Shown here in pieces: positions 43,407-52,118 of a stretch of DNA of 64,000 nt. The notes beneath the pieces were generated by a model. The model saw nothing but the letters and a program-made list of their open reading frames with translations. It did no database searches and was not told the origin of the DNA. Each line of letters opens with the position of its first letter. The stretch's first letter is position 1. Position numbers and translations under genes: made by a program. The DNA lies in the sequence record NC_048047.1; one strand, 5' to 3'.

Positions 43407-43880
43407 ATGACCTGCATCGTCTACCGCGACGGCGTCCTGGTGGCCGATAGCTGGGTGCTCGACGTCTGGACCAAGATCGGCCGGTTCCCCAAGATCGCCA
43501 AACGCGAGGGGGCGCACGGTACGATCCTGCTGGCCGCGTCGGGTGACAGTGGCTACTCCAAGAATTTCCTGGACTGGGGTCGCGGCCCCGGCCTCCTGGA
43601 CTGGATCAAGAAGGGCGACGAGGTTCACGAGGGCATCCCCAACCTGGGCGAAGGCGATCGCACCGCCAACGGCATGCTGATCATGCCCGACGGCTCGTGC
43701 ATCCGTTTTGACCCAGGCTCCTTGCCCTACGTGATCAAGGCGCCGTTCTACGCCATGGGTTCGGGGTGCTGGGTCGCGCTGGGCGCCCTGGAGGCTGGAG
43801 CCACGGCCGAGGAAGCCGTCCTGGCCGCCGAGAAATGGGACGTAGGCACGAACGGCCCGCTCATCACACTGAGGCACTGA
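43407..43880 (+). CDS. Ntn-hydrolase, proteasome-beta/HslV-like
   Basis: M-T-C-I-V N-terminus, ADS, K in FPKI, AMGSG...ALGA, D..T.G. Confidence 0.7.
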   Translation: MTCIVYRDGVLVADSWVLDVWTKIGRFPKIAKREGAHGTILLAASGDSGYSKNFLDWGRGPGLLDWIKKGDEVHEGIPNLGEGDRTANGMLIMPDGSCIRFDPGSLPYVIKAPFYAMGSGCWVALGALEAGATAEEAVLAAEKWDVGTNGPLITLRH

Positions 43881-44158
43881 TGATCAATCTCACCATCACC
43901 GAGACCGTCACCCGGACCTACGTCCTGCTCGAAAACGAGGAGAACTTGGCCCTGCTCGACGATCTGCGCGAGACGATGCTGAAGGCCAACGAGCAGCCCG
44001 CCGTCCAGGTCTTCGGCCAGTTGCCCAGGCCCAAGGCGGGTGTCCCCGCCGCATTGCGGGGCCAGGAGCAGAACGCCGTGTTCGAGATGAGCACCTATCG
44101 CTATTCCACCTCCAAGCGTCGCGAGTCCGGCGAACACGGGCACATCTACACGCCATGA
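43880..44158 (+). CDS. Hypothetical protein
   Basis: TGATG coupling. Confidence 0.7.
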   Translation: MINLTITETVTRTYVLLENEENLALLDDLRETMLKANEQPAVQVFGQLPRPKAGVPAALRGQEQNAVFEMSTYRYSTSKRRESGEHGHIYTP

Positions 44159-44667
44159 GAACCCCCGAAGAGATCAAGGAACTTCCGCGCCTGGAGCCGC
44201 GCTATGGCGGCACCTTCGTGCTGCTCAACGACGAGCGCATGCTGATCCGCCGCGCCGTGCCCGACTTCCAACTAGGCGGCGAGATGAAGCAGCTTGCTTC
44301 ACAAGGCCGGGCGATCCTGGTCTTCAAGGAGGTCCATCACGACTGCCGCCACTGCCGGGCGCGGCGAGAGGCTTTCGCCAAGGAGCATCCCAATCTCACG
44401 CGGCCAACCCTGATTGAACGCCTGCGCGCCGCCAAGGATCGCGACGCCTACTGGTGCAATACCTGTCAGGCCACCGGCTGGGTCGTCGAGCCCATCGAAG
44501 ACCTGATCAAGCGCCTCGACATCGTGACCTGGGAGAAGAAGGCCGCCGCCCTCTCCAACGAGGAATTGAAGGTGGAGATGGCCCAGGCCAGCGACCTCAA
44601 CTTCCGCCTCCACAAGAAGGGCTTTCCGCCCGACGTCCTGGCCGCCGAAGCGGCCCGCAGGCTCTAG
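44155..44667 (+). CDS. Hypothetical protein (CxxC pairs)
   Basis: CRHC, CNTC; ATGA coupling. Confidence 0.7.
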   Translation: MRTPEEIKELPRLEPRYGGTFVLLNDERMLIRRAVPDFQLGGEMKQLASQGRAILVFKEVHHDCRHCRARREAFAKEHPNLTRPTLIERLRAAKDRDAYWCNTCQATGWVVEPIEDLIKRLDIVTWEKKAAALSNEELKVEMAQASDLNFRLHKKGFPPDVLAAEAARRL

Positions 44668-44676
44668 GAGACACCC

Positions 44677-44865
44677 ATGCTGCCCCAACTCGTGACCATC
44701 TTCTACCACCTGGACGGCGCCGTTACCCGTCACCAGGACATCGACGAGGCCGTCGCCCTGCGCGCCGATGAAACTGGCAAGGCCGAGTTCAAGGGCCAAA
44801 TCTACAACGCCGATGTCTACTGGGACACCTATGGGCGCGTCGACATCTACCTGAAGGCGGCCTGA
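44677..44865 (+). CDS. Small hypothetical protein
   Basis: GGAG RBS. Confidence 0.7.
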   Translation: MLPQLVTIFYHLDGAVTRHQDIDEAVALRADETGKAEFKGQIYNADVYWDTYGRVDIYLKAA

Positions 44866-44867
44866 CG

Positions 44868-45266
44868 ATGGCGCAGATCGTCTGGCTGGCTGTCCTCTTC
44901 CAGGTCAAGCACTTCGTCTTCGACTGGGCCTATCAGCCGCCCTACATGTGGAAGAACAAGGGCACCTTCGGGCACTGGGGCGGGCTCGTCCATTCGGGCA
45001 TCCATGCGGTCTGGTCGGCGCTGATCCTGGCGCTGTTTGCCGCGATCACCCTCAAGTCCGACGGAGCCGTACGCGCCATCCCGCTGATCGCCGTGGCCGA
45101 GTTCGTCGCCCACTACCTGATCGACTGGGCCAAGATGAACATCAACAGGAAGATGGGGTGGACCGCCACGACCCATCACGCCTTTTGGGTTCTGACGGGC
45201 TTTGACCAGCTACTCCATCAACTCACCTATGTGGCGATCGTCGCTTACTGGGTCAGCCTCTGGTAA
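44868..45266 (+). CDS. DUF3307-family membrane protein
   Basis: KHFVFDWAYQ, HSGIH, HYLIDW.K, GFDQLLH. Confidence 0.8.
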   Translation: MAQIVWLAVLFQVKHFVFDWAYQPPYMWKNKGTFGHWGGLVHSGIHAVWSALILALFAAITLKSDGAVRAIPLIAVAEFVAHYLIDWAKMNINRKMGWTATTHHAFWVLTGFDQLLHQLTYVAIVAYWVSLW

Positions 45267-45270
45267 CCGC

Positions 45271-45996
45271 ATGGCCGACTACTTCCAGCCGATCGTCTTC
45301 TGGGGCGCGCTCTATGACGCCTGGATGACCCCCAAGTCCGAGGGCGGTCTGGGTCCAGAGAACGCCCGTGAGGTGCTCGGGATCGAGGCCTTTCACCACT
45401 ATGGGGTGACGACGCACGAGGCGGTCGCCGGCACGGCGGCTGGCGAAGTGATCTATGGTCTCGTTCGCTCGACGTGGCACAAGCCACGTGAGGATGGCGG
45501 CGGCCTGCACGACGACGACCATACCTGGGACTTCAAGGACCCCTCCGCGCCAGGAGGACGCGGGCGCGTCCAAATCTACAAGACCGAGAAGGCCGGATAC
45601 TGGGCGTTCAATCCGTACGGTGTCGCCGATGGCCCTGGTGCGCGCTGGTTCGATCAGGAGTATCGCGTTCCCACCGTTGGTGAGTTGCTCGCCGAGGCCG
45701 CCTATTGCGAGGCCAAGATCGTCGAGCATGGCAACGAGATGCTGCGCTGTCGCGATACCGTGCGCGGGCGCAAGAGCATCAAGAACCTCAAGAGCCTGAT
45801 CGAGGACCGCGAATGGCGTCGCAAGATGGTACTTAAGCGCTGGCCTCAGACCAGCATCTTCCTGGACGCCCCGCTGACGGCGCCGGCGCACCTGCCGGCC
45901 GATCGCCTAGACATCACCAAGTTCTCGGCCCAGCGCCTGGAGAGCTATCCCATCATCCGCGCTCTCCTGGGAGACCACCCGTGCGCTACTACCTAG
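45271..45996 (+). CDS. Hypothetical protein
   Basis: ATG 45271. Confidence 0.7.
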   Translation: MADYFQPIVFWGALYDAWMTPKSEGGLGPENAREVLGIEAFHHYGVTTHEAVAGTAAGEVIYGLVRSTWHKPREDGGGLHDDDHTWDFKDPSAPGGRGRVQIYKTEKAGYWAFNPYGVADGPGARWFDQEYRVPTVGELLAEAAYCEAKIVEHGNEMLRCRDTVRGRKSIKNLKSLIEDREWRRKMVLKRWPQTSIFLDAPLTAPAHLPADRLDITKFSAQRLESYPIIRALLGDHPCATT

Positions 45997-46430
45997 ACTG
46001 TGAATTCGACGGGCATGGTGGCCCTCTGATCTCCCTGGCCCTGTACCGCAAGGACGGCCGCCACCTCTATCTGGTGCGCGACGACGCTGAATTCATGATT
46101 CAGGACCTGTGGGTGCGCCAGAACGTCTTTCCCATCCTGCGAAGCGTTCCGTCCAACATCGGCATCGATGTCGTACCCATCGGAGAGTTCGGCCAGAAGA
46201 TCGCCGAGTTCTTCCAGGACGAGACCCCCTACATCGTCTGTGATTGGCCCATGGACGCCAGCCTGTTCTCCCAGACCCTGATGATCCGGCCCGATCGCAT
46301 GGCGACACTGCCCAACTACGTGGTCCAGGTTTTCCGCATCGACGCCTACGAGGGCACGCCATTCAAGAACGCCGTTCGGCACAACGCCGCCTGGGATGCC
46401 ATCGTCCTCTGCGACGCCATCGAACCGTGA
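45981..46430 (+). CDS. DEDDh 3'-5' exonuclease, Rv2179c/RNase AS-like
   Basis: YYLDCEF, LISLAL, WV..NV.P.L, DW..D, HNA.WDA. Confidence 0.75.
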   Translation: MRYYLDCEFDGHGGPLISLALYRKDGRHLYLVRDDAEFMIQDLWVRQNVFPILRSVPSNIGIDVVPIGEFGQKIAEFFQDETPYIVCDWPMDASLFSQTLMIRPDRMATLPNYVVQVFRIDAYEGTPFKNAVRHNAAWDAIVLCDAIEP

Positions 46431-46446
46431 TCCCCAGAAAGGTCAC

Positions 46447-46472
46447 GTGACACCTTGACGCGATCGGTGTCA
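46447..46472 (+). promoter_or_regulatory. Class II promoter: GTGACA-CC-TTGACG-CGATCG-GTGTCA
   Basis: Box 2 bp after a -35-like hexamer. Confidence 0.6.
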
Positions 46473-46511
46473 TGGAGGATGAAAGGTTAAGCAAGAAACC
46501 GAGGTTCTCCC

Positions 46512-46844
46512 GTGACCGCCGCGCCCATTTGGGACTACTACCCGACGCCTCCAGGCTCCCTTGAACGCATGCGATACCACGTCGACTCGGCCGGCTCGCA
46601 TCTGCACTTCGAGATTCACGATGCCGACGGCTCCGACGACGCGCCGCTGATCGACGGAGCCGCGCGCATCTTTGGCACGGTCAACTGGGAAGGGTGCATC
46701 AACTGGCGCACCCACAAGTACATGAACTGCCACTTCTGCACGCCGGCCGATTCGCTGCGTCTGCATGAACTGTTCAAGGGCCTGTGGCGCCTTGCCAGCC
46801 TGTCCTTGCCCAACTGGTGTGGAGACGTGGAGGAAACGGCGTGA
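46512..46844 (+). CDS. Hypothetical protein
   Basis: GTG after GAGG. Confidence 0.7.
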   Translation: MTAAPIWDYYPTPPGSLERMRYHVDSAGSHLHFEIHDADGSDDAPLIDGAARIFGTVNWEGCINWRTHKYMNCHFCTPADSLRLHELFKGLWRLASLSLPNWCGDVEETA

Positions 46845-47395
46845 ACCAGGGCGATATCGACTTCACCCAGGCGTGGTGGAGCAACAAGCTGGGTGATCCG
46901 CCGGCCTTGCTGCGCTTCCTGGAGAAGCTGCACTACACCGAGTTCAGCGGCTACAAGGACAACATCGACGCCGCCTACAAGTGGGCGCCGAACAATCCAA
47001 CGGCCCATCACATCTTCTGCCAGACGGCGGAAGACGAGATGCGCCATGCCCAGCTTCTCGTTCCCCTGGTCCTCGATCGTGGCGGACGCTGCGATGGTAT
47101 CGATGCGCCTGCGCAGTCCTTCTACTGGGACGAGATGGACAAGGCGATCATCGACCTGGAATCCTGCGCCGCCGTCTTCCACCTCGGGGAAAAGCTCGCC
47201 GCCGAGCGCTTCGAGGTGATGCTGGACAATTATGGCAATCCCGAAGACATCCGGGCCTTCCTGGAATCGGTCATTCCCGATGAGCAGCACCATGCGCGCA
47301 TCTTCGGCAAGCTGGCTGGCCCCGAAGCGATCGCCGCGATGCAGGCCCACCACGACAAGACCGTCATCCAGTTGAAGGACGCAGGCGGAAGCTGA
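46841..47395 (+). CDS. Ferritin-like di-iron carboxylate protein
   Basis: GTG 46841 after GGAGG; E...DEMRH...E...DEQHH. Confidence 0.75.
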   Translation: MNQGDIDFTQAWWSNKLGDPPALLRFLEKLHYTEFSGYKDNIDAAYKWAPNNPTAHHIFCQTAEDEMRHAQLLVPLVLDRGGRCDGIDAPAQSFYWDEMDKAIIDLESCAAVFHLGEKLAAERFEVMLDNYGNPEDIRAFLESVIPDEQHHARIFGKLAGPEAIAAMQAHHDKTVIQLKDAGGS

Positions 47396-47811
47396 TGAAC
47401 ACCTACATGAACACCTACATGATGCCGACCGGCGCGTACGAGGCGCTGGACTATCCGCGCCGCGCGTCGTCTAGCTGGTCGCGGGACCTGCCGGACTGGA
47501 CCTTCATCACGATCTCGCCGGGAGATGTGCCACCCGAGGGCGCCGTGCCGATCAGCTTCATCCACGCGGCGGTCGAGCAGGCCTACAACGCCTACCACCT
47601 CAATGGCTGGATCAACTGGGAAGGCGGTGAGATGCCTCTGCCTCAGGGCACCCTGGTCGATGTCAAGCACCGCGACGGTACGACCTACACCGAGCAGTTC
47701 GCCGGCTCGATCGAAGGCGCCGCCGCCGAGTGGTTCCACGGCGATGAGCAGAACGGAGCGACGAGTCCGGCCGACATCATCGCCTATCGCCGGACGCCCC
47801 GGCGTGGATGA
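47395..47811 (+). CDS. Hypothetical phage protein
   Basis: W..W.GG..P....V.V..RDG...W.H...DIIAYR motif. Confidence 0.7.
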   Translation: MNTYMNTYMMPTGAYEALDYPRRASSSWSRDLPDWTFITISPGDVPPEGAVPISFIHAAVEQAYNAYHLNGWINWEGGEMPLPQGTLVDVKHRDGTTYTEQFAGSIEGAAAEWFHGDEQNGATSPADIIAYRRTPRRG

Positions 47812-48049
47812 TGCCAAGACGGTCCAGACCGTCCTGGAGGTGGCGAGGCGCTTGGCGGCCCAGGGCATGGAGCCCTGGCCGTCGATCGCACCAAAGCTGA
47901 CCGGCGCCTACGAGGAACCGCAATTCGTCTTCACGGTCGGCAAGGCTGAACTTCGGATCGACGAAGCCATCCATCTGGTGCATCCGCCGACTGAAGCCAA
48001 TGTCGTGATCCTGTGTGAGATCGAGAAAGTCCATCGCGCTCGTGGCTAG
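47804..48049 (+). CDS. Hypothetical protein
   Basis: GTG 47804. Confidence 0.6.
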   Translation: MDDAKTVQTVLEVARRLAAQGMEPWPSIAPKLTGAYEEPQFVFTVGKAELRIDEAIHLVHPPTEANVVILCEIEKVHRARG

Positions 48050-48290
48050 CCGTACCTGCATCAATCCAAACTGCGGCCGTCGGTTCAAGCCCGATCATCG
48101 AGGGCACTTCTGGTGTCAGCAGATGTGCCGTCAGAGCCACTTCAAGATCGACACTGGCAAGGACCTGTCAGGCGCCTTTGGCTTCATGACGGACCGCAAT
48201 CTCGTGCGGGCCTTCGACGACAAGTGGATCAAGGCCGCCGGCCGACGCACGAAGCCCACGAAGAAGAAGGCTCAGCCATGTCCATCATGA
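48042..48290 (+). CDS. Small Zn-ribbon-like protein
   Basis: CINPNC...F...CQQMC. Confidence 0.65.
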   Translation: MASRTCINPNCGRRFKPDHRGHFWCQQMCRQSHFKIDTGKDLSGAFGFMTDRNLVRAFDDKWIKAAGRRTKPTKKKAQPCPS

Positions 48291-48487
48291 CCGTCACCTC
48301 GCCCGTCTCGTTCCGCTACTTCATGCAGAAGTCCAAGGATTGGCTGGCGTCCCACATCCAGACCCTGGAAGGGCTTCTGGACCGCCCCAGGACGCCGCAC
48401 AGCGCCCTGATGACGCTTCTCCGCTACGACCTAGCCAAGATGGCTCTCGCCCTCCACAGCGAGCTTCCTGAGGACGACAATGTCTGA
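48278..48487 (+). CDS. Small hypothetical protein
   Basis: ATG 48278. Confidence 0.6.
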   Translation: MSIMTVTSPVSFRYFMQKSKDWLASHIQTLEGLLDRPRTPHSALMTLLRYDLAKMALALHSELPEDDNV

Positions 48488-49250
48488 CCTCTCCGACGCC
48501 TTCGTAGAGCGCTATGGCGCCGACCTCTTCGACGACTTGTGTGAAGGCGTCCTGTCACCTGAGGCCTATCCGCACGTGCGGGTCACCGAAACCGAAAGGC
48601 ACAATGCCTGCAACCACACCTATCGTGGCGAGATCGTCCGCGAGGGCCAGGAGACGGTGTATTACTCCCTCGATAGTGGGGATTGGAACGGGACCTACCT
48701 GCGCTACTTCAGCGAGGAAGGCCCGGAGGACTACGAGCGCGGCTATCGCGTCTATGTCTTCGATCTCAATCCCAGTCGGCTGACCGTACCCGTCGCTGAG
48801 GTCCGTCTGAAGGTTTCGATCTGGCTCAACAACTACCTGTCGGTCACCATGGCCAACGGCGAGTTCAAGGACAAGGAGCGCGGCTACGGCTATGATTCCA
48901 CCTTCGCCCCCGGTGTCGTGACTGACAAGCACTATCGCGACTACGCCGCCTCCCGCGATCTGATCCCCGCTTCCGCCTGGATACCCGAGACCATCGAGCG
49001 GGTGTCCACGACCGAATTCAACAACGCCCGGATCGAATACGAGAAGGCGGCCGACATCCGCTACCGCAAGCAATTCCGCGACAAGGTCGAGCCGCAGCAC
49101 GAAGAGGCCTTGAGCCAACGTGCCGGCGAGTTCTTCCGGCTCCTGGCGATCCGGTTCGCCAGCGAGGGGCGCGAGAACGCCGCCGCTCTGGCCAAGGACG
49201 TTTCTAAGGCTTGGCTGGATGCTCTGGTCGATTCACCAAGTTCTGCTTGA
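48480..49250 (+). CDS. Hypothetical protein
   Basis: 256 aa; GAGG RBS. Confidence 0.75.
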   Translation: MSDLSDAFVERYGADLFDDLCEGVLSPEAYPHVRVTETERHNACNHTYRGEIVREGQETVYYSLDSGDWNGTYLRYFSEEGPEDYERGYRVYVFDLNPSRLTVPVAEVRLKVSIWLNNYLSVTMANGEFKDKERGYGYDSTFAPGVVTDKHYRDYAASRDLIPASAWIPETIERVSTTEFNNARIEYEKAADIRYRKQFRDKVEPQHEEALSQRAGEFFRLLAIRFASEGRENAAALAKDVSKAWLDALVDSPSSA

Positions 49251-49272
49251 ACTCTGTCACGAATGGCGTCAT
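49247..49272 (+). promoter_or_regulatory. Class II promoter: TTGAAC-TC-TGTCAC-GAATGG-CGTCAT
   Basis: Box in reverse orientation 2 bp after the -35; CATGAT at 17-bp spacing. Confidence 0.65.
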
Positions 49273-49561
49273 GATGCCGCAAATGCTGACCCAGAAGGGG
49301 CCGATGCCCGTGAACACTAACCCGGATAGACGCTCGTTCCTGGCCCTCCTGGGCCTGGGCGTCGGGGGCTTCAGCGCCGGCTTGGGCGGCGGGCTCCTGG
49401 CCATCAAGCCGCCCGAGCCCAAGGTGATCGTGGCCAACTTGCCCGCTATCGACACCAGCAACGCCGGAAAGTATCTGGTCTACGACGGCGAGAAGATGGC
49501 CTGGATCAAGGTCAATCCCCAGGCCCGTAGAATCCTCCAGGAAATTGAGAGTCACCTGTGA
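49271..49561 (+). CDS. Small protein with twin-arginine-like signal
   Basis: DRRSFLALLG followed by a hydrophobic Gly-rich stretch. Confidence 0.6.
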   Translation: MMPQMLTQKGPMPVNTNPDRRSFLALLGLGVGGFSAGLGGGLLAIKPPEPKVIVANLPAIDTSNAGKYLVYDGEKMAWIKVNPQARRILQEIESHL

Positions 49562-49965
49562 ACGCCTCCGACCTCGTTCCGCTACGCGACGGCGACCTCT
49601 TGACCCTCAAGGGCGTGTTCCGTCTCCAGGACGGTCAGCCCCATGTCGACTTCCGCTGCGCTGGCGCCGCGTGGCTGCCGCTCCTCGAAGGGGTGATGCA
49701 GCAGGTCGTCAGCATCGACCATCTGCTGCACAAGGGTGACTACGTCTCGGCCTCCGGGCAGTACGGGCACGTTCGTCAGGCGCTGATGGCCAACGGCGAG
49801 ATCGCCGAGCCGGGTCAGCGCCCCGATGCCTACTTGGTCGACATCGAGCGCGACTCCTACGGGTCGTTCGGCGACAAGGCCAAACCCAGCGGCCTGACCC
49901 TGGTTGAGGCCGGCAAGGTTCATCTTCGTAAGCGTACCGCTTCAGGCCGACAAGGATTGACATGA
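49558..49965 (+). CDS. Hypothetical protein
   Basis: GTGA coupling. Confidence 0.7.
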   Translation: MNASDLVPLRDGDLLTLKGVFRLQDGQPHVDFRCAGAAWLPLLEGVMQQVVSIDHLLHKGDYVSASGQYGHVRQALMANGEIAEPGQRPDAYLVDIERDSYGSFGDKAKPSGLTLVEAGKVHLRKRTASGRQGLT

Positions 49966-50387
49966 CCACCAGCACCCAGACCGTTCGCCCCGGCTCCGTC
50001 ACCGAAATCTACCTGATGCGGGCGGGCTTCCTGAAGCTGGCGGTCTACGGCATCGAGCCGGCCAGCGAGCACGAGCCGATCGAGTATCAGGCCCACTATA
50101 TCGTTGGCGATACCGTCGGCGCCGTTCTTCCGCTCCCGCTGCTGCGGATGCTCAAGGCCAATCGCGATTACATCGCCACCATGGTCCAGGGCCTTGCCGA
50201 GTACGATGGGTTGGTCGATGAGGTCGACGGCGCCGGCCTCCTGGTGCAACGCTACCAGGACGCCAACGGCAAGACCCAGATCAGGACCATCCTGTCCTGG
50301 CAGGGCATGACGATCGGCGTCCTGGGTGGCGGCATCGGCGAGATCGACCTGATCCTGAGCGCTCTCGAACATATCCCGACCACTTGA
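49962..50387 (+). CDS. Hypothetical protein
   Basis: ATGA coupling. Confidence 0.7.
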   Translation: MTTSTQTVRPGSVTEIYLMRAGFLKLAVYGIEPASEHEPIEYQAHYIVGDTVGAVLPLPLLRMLKANRDYIATMVQGLAEYDGLVDEVDGAGLLVQRYQDANGKTQIRTILSWQGMTIGVLGGGIGEIDLILSALEHIPTT

Positions 50388-50403
50388 GCCAAGGAGACAC
50401 CCG

Positions 50404-50859
50404 ATGGCCAACGACCAGAACCGCGATTTCACCTGCTGCTACCTGCTGATGCGTGTCGACCTTAAGTCGCTGTGCGCCGGCAAGGCGATCGCCCAGGCCC
50501 ACCACGCCGGGCTTCAGTTGGAGCATGACGCCAAGGACTGGACCTCCGAGCAGCAGGCGATCTTCGCCCGCTATCGCAAGGAGGCCCGTGGCTTCGGGAC
50601 GACCATGACCCTGGCTGTCACCGAGCAGGAGATGCGCGCGGCGATGATTCGCGCTCGCGACCTGGGCTACCTGCATGGCGTGGTCCACGATCCTTCCTAT
50701 CCGCTCTATGATGGCGGGTTCCTGCACCACATCCCGCTGGACACCTGCGCCTACGTCTTCGGCGAGAAGCGCTTCGTCGAGAACGCGGTGATAGGCCTGG
50801 ACCTCCTGCGTCGCGCCAGTCTCTGGCAGCCGGTGTCCAAAGTGCCGGCCGATGGCTGA
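50404..50859 (+). CDS. Divergent Pth2-like (peptidyl-tRNA hydrolase type 2 fold) protein
   Basis: LLMRVDL....GKAIAQAHHA, TMTLAV, VHDP, TCAYVFG, LDLL. Confidence 0.65.
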   Translation: MANDQNRDFTCCYLLMRVDLKSLCAGKAIAQAHHAGLQLEHDAKDWTSEQQAIFARYRKEARGFGTTMTLAVTEQEMRAAMIRARDLGYLHGVVHDPSYPLYDGGFLHHIPLDTCAYVFGEKRFVENAVIGLDLLRRASLWQPVSKVPADG

Positions 50860-51154
50860 TCTGCTACAAACCTGGGATCGCCTCGACGCGGCCATCCAGC
50901 GAGTCCTGACCTCGACGATCGAGGACGTCAGTCCGCGCGCCCAGGTGCTCGATACCATGCGCGAGGAAATGCGTGACGTGCTTCAGCAGCGCGCCCGGCA
51001 TCAGGACCTCATCGTCAAGGCGCTCGAAGCCTATGACGACGTCTTGAAGGCGGGCAGCCAAGAAGCTGCCGACGTGCCCGGCGCCCAGGCCTTCATCGCG
51101 CACAACGACCACATCCGCCTGAAAATCGCCGAGGCGATCGAGCTTCACCTATGA
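50852..51154 (+). CDS. Hypothetical helical protein
   Basis: Coupled. Confidence 0.7.
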   Translation: MADLLQTWDRLDAAIQRVLTSTIEDVSPRAQVLDTMREEMRDVLQQRARHQDLIVKALEAYDDVLKAGSQEAADVPGAQAFIAHNDHIRLKIAEAIELHL

Positions 51155-51582
51155 CCCCGCGTGAGCACAACTACGCCCAACTCCGCATGGCGCTCAGCCG
51201 TGACTTCAAGGGCCATGCCGAGATCAGGAAGCTGATCAAGGGCCAGAAGCTGCGCGACGACCTGGACGCGGCCGAAGACCTCGCCGGCGTCAAGGCCGTG
51301 GTCCACGAACTGATCACCAGCGTCTATGGCGACCATCCCTGGCTCCGTGAACCGCCCCCGGTCTACGAGGGCGAGATCAAGAAGGGCATGGAGTTCTTGA
51401 TGACGGTCGACGAGGGCAATGCCCGAGAGATCAAGATCGTCGAGGTCCAGGAAGACAATCTAGGACACCGTTTCTACAATTATCGCTACATGAATGGCGT
51501 CGGTAAAGGCCACATCGAGTCTCTGGCCGACGACATGCTGCGCGGGATCATCGAACCGCTCGACGACGAAATCCCCTTCTAG
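51151..51582 (+). CDS. Hypothetical protein
   Basis: ATGA coupling; ends DDEIPF. Confidence 0.7.
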   Translation: MTPREHNYAQLRMALSRDFKGHAEIRKLIKGQKLRDDLDAAEDLAGVKAVVHELITSVYGDHPWLREPPPVYEGEIKKGMEFLMTVDEGNAREIKIVEVQEDNLGHRFYNYRYMNGVGKGHIESLADDMLRGIIEPLDDEIPF

Positions 51583-51597
51583 CCAAGAGACCCGAAC

Positions 51598-51870
51598 ATG
51601 GCTTTTATCCGCCTCTCCGTGGACGACATCCTGCATCACTTCGATCTGACCAAGGCTTCTCCTGGCAACATCCGCGTCAGTGATGGCGCGGGCATCACCA
51701 TTGGAATGGGTGAAGAAGCTTTCGATCTGGAGATCGATGTCGAGCACCCCGACTTGCCCGAAGGCCGGGTCGAGGTTCACGCCGACTTCAAATACCACGA
51801 CGACGGCGGCATTACGCTGCTGCGCATCAATGATGTCGACCTCCAAGATGTCGCTGGCGAGGACGACTAA
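51598..51870 (+). CDS. Acidic hypothetical protein
   Basis: Co-directional ORF. Confidence 0.7.
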   Translation: MAFIRLSVDDILHHFDLTKASPGNIRVSDGAGITIGMGEEAFDLEIDVEHPDLPEGRVEVHADFKYHDDGGITLLRINDVDLQDVAGEDD

Positions 51871-51872
51871 TC

Positions 51873-52118
51873 ATGAGCATCATGCCTGACACGCGCCAAG
51901 GCGCACACATCGAAGTGCCGGCCAATGCGCCGCATGAGCTTTCCCGCGCCCTGGCGGCCCTGCTGAAGGTGCATCCCGAGATGGGCGTCTACCGGGGACA
52001 CTTCTCGTCCCTGTGGGAGCGCAACTACACCATGACGGCCGAAGGCGGTGCCTATCTGGCCCGCCTGATCCTGAAGGACCTGGAAGAACGCGGCGCGACG
52101 GACCTCTTGACGTCGTGA
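51873..52118 (+). CDS. Hypothetical protein
   Basis: Stop codon lies within the class II box. Confidence 0.7.
   Translation: MSIMPDTRQGAHIEVPANAPHELSRALAALLKVHPEMGVYRGHFSSLWERNYTMTAEGGAYLARLILKDLEERGATDLLTS

Noticed and set aside
49255-49272. Class II box as a PhoB PHO box (TGTCAY repeats)
   Set aside because: Half-sites repeat every 12 bp, not the 11 bp of PHO boxes, and orientation varies.
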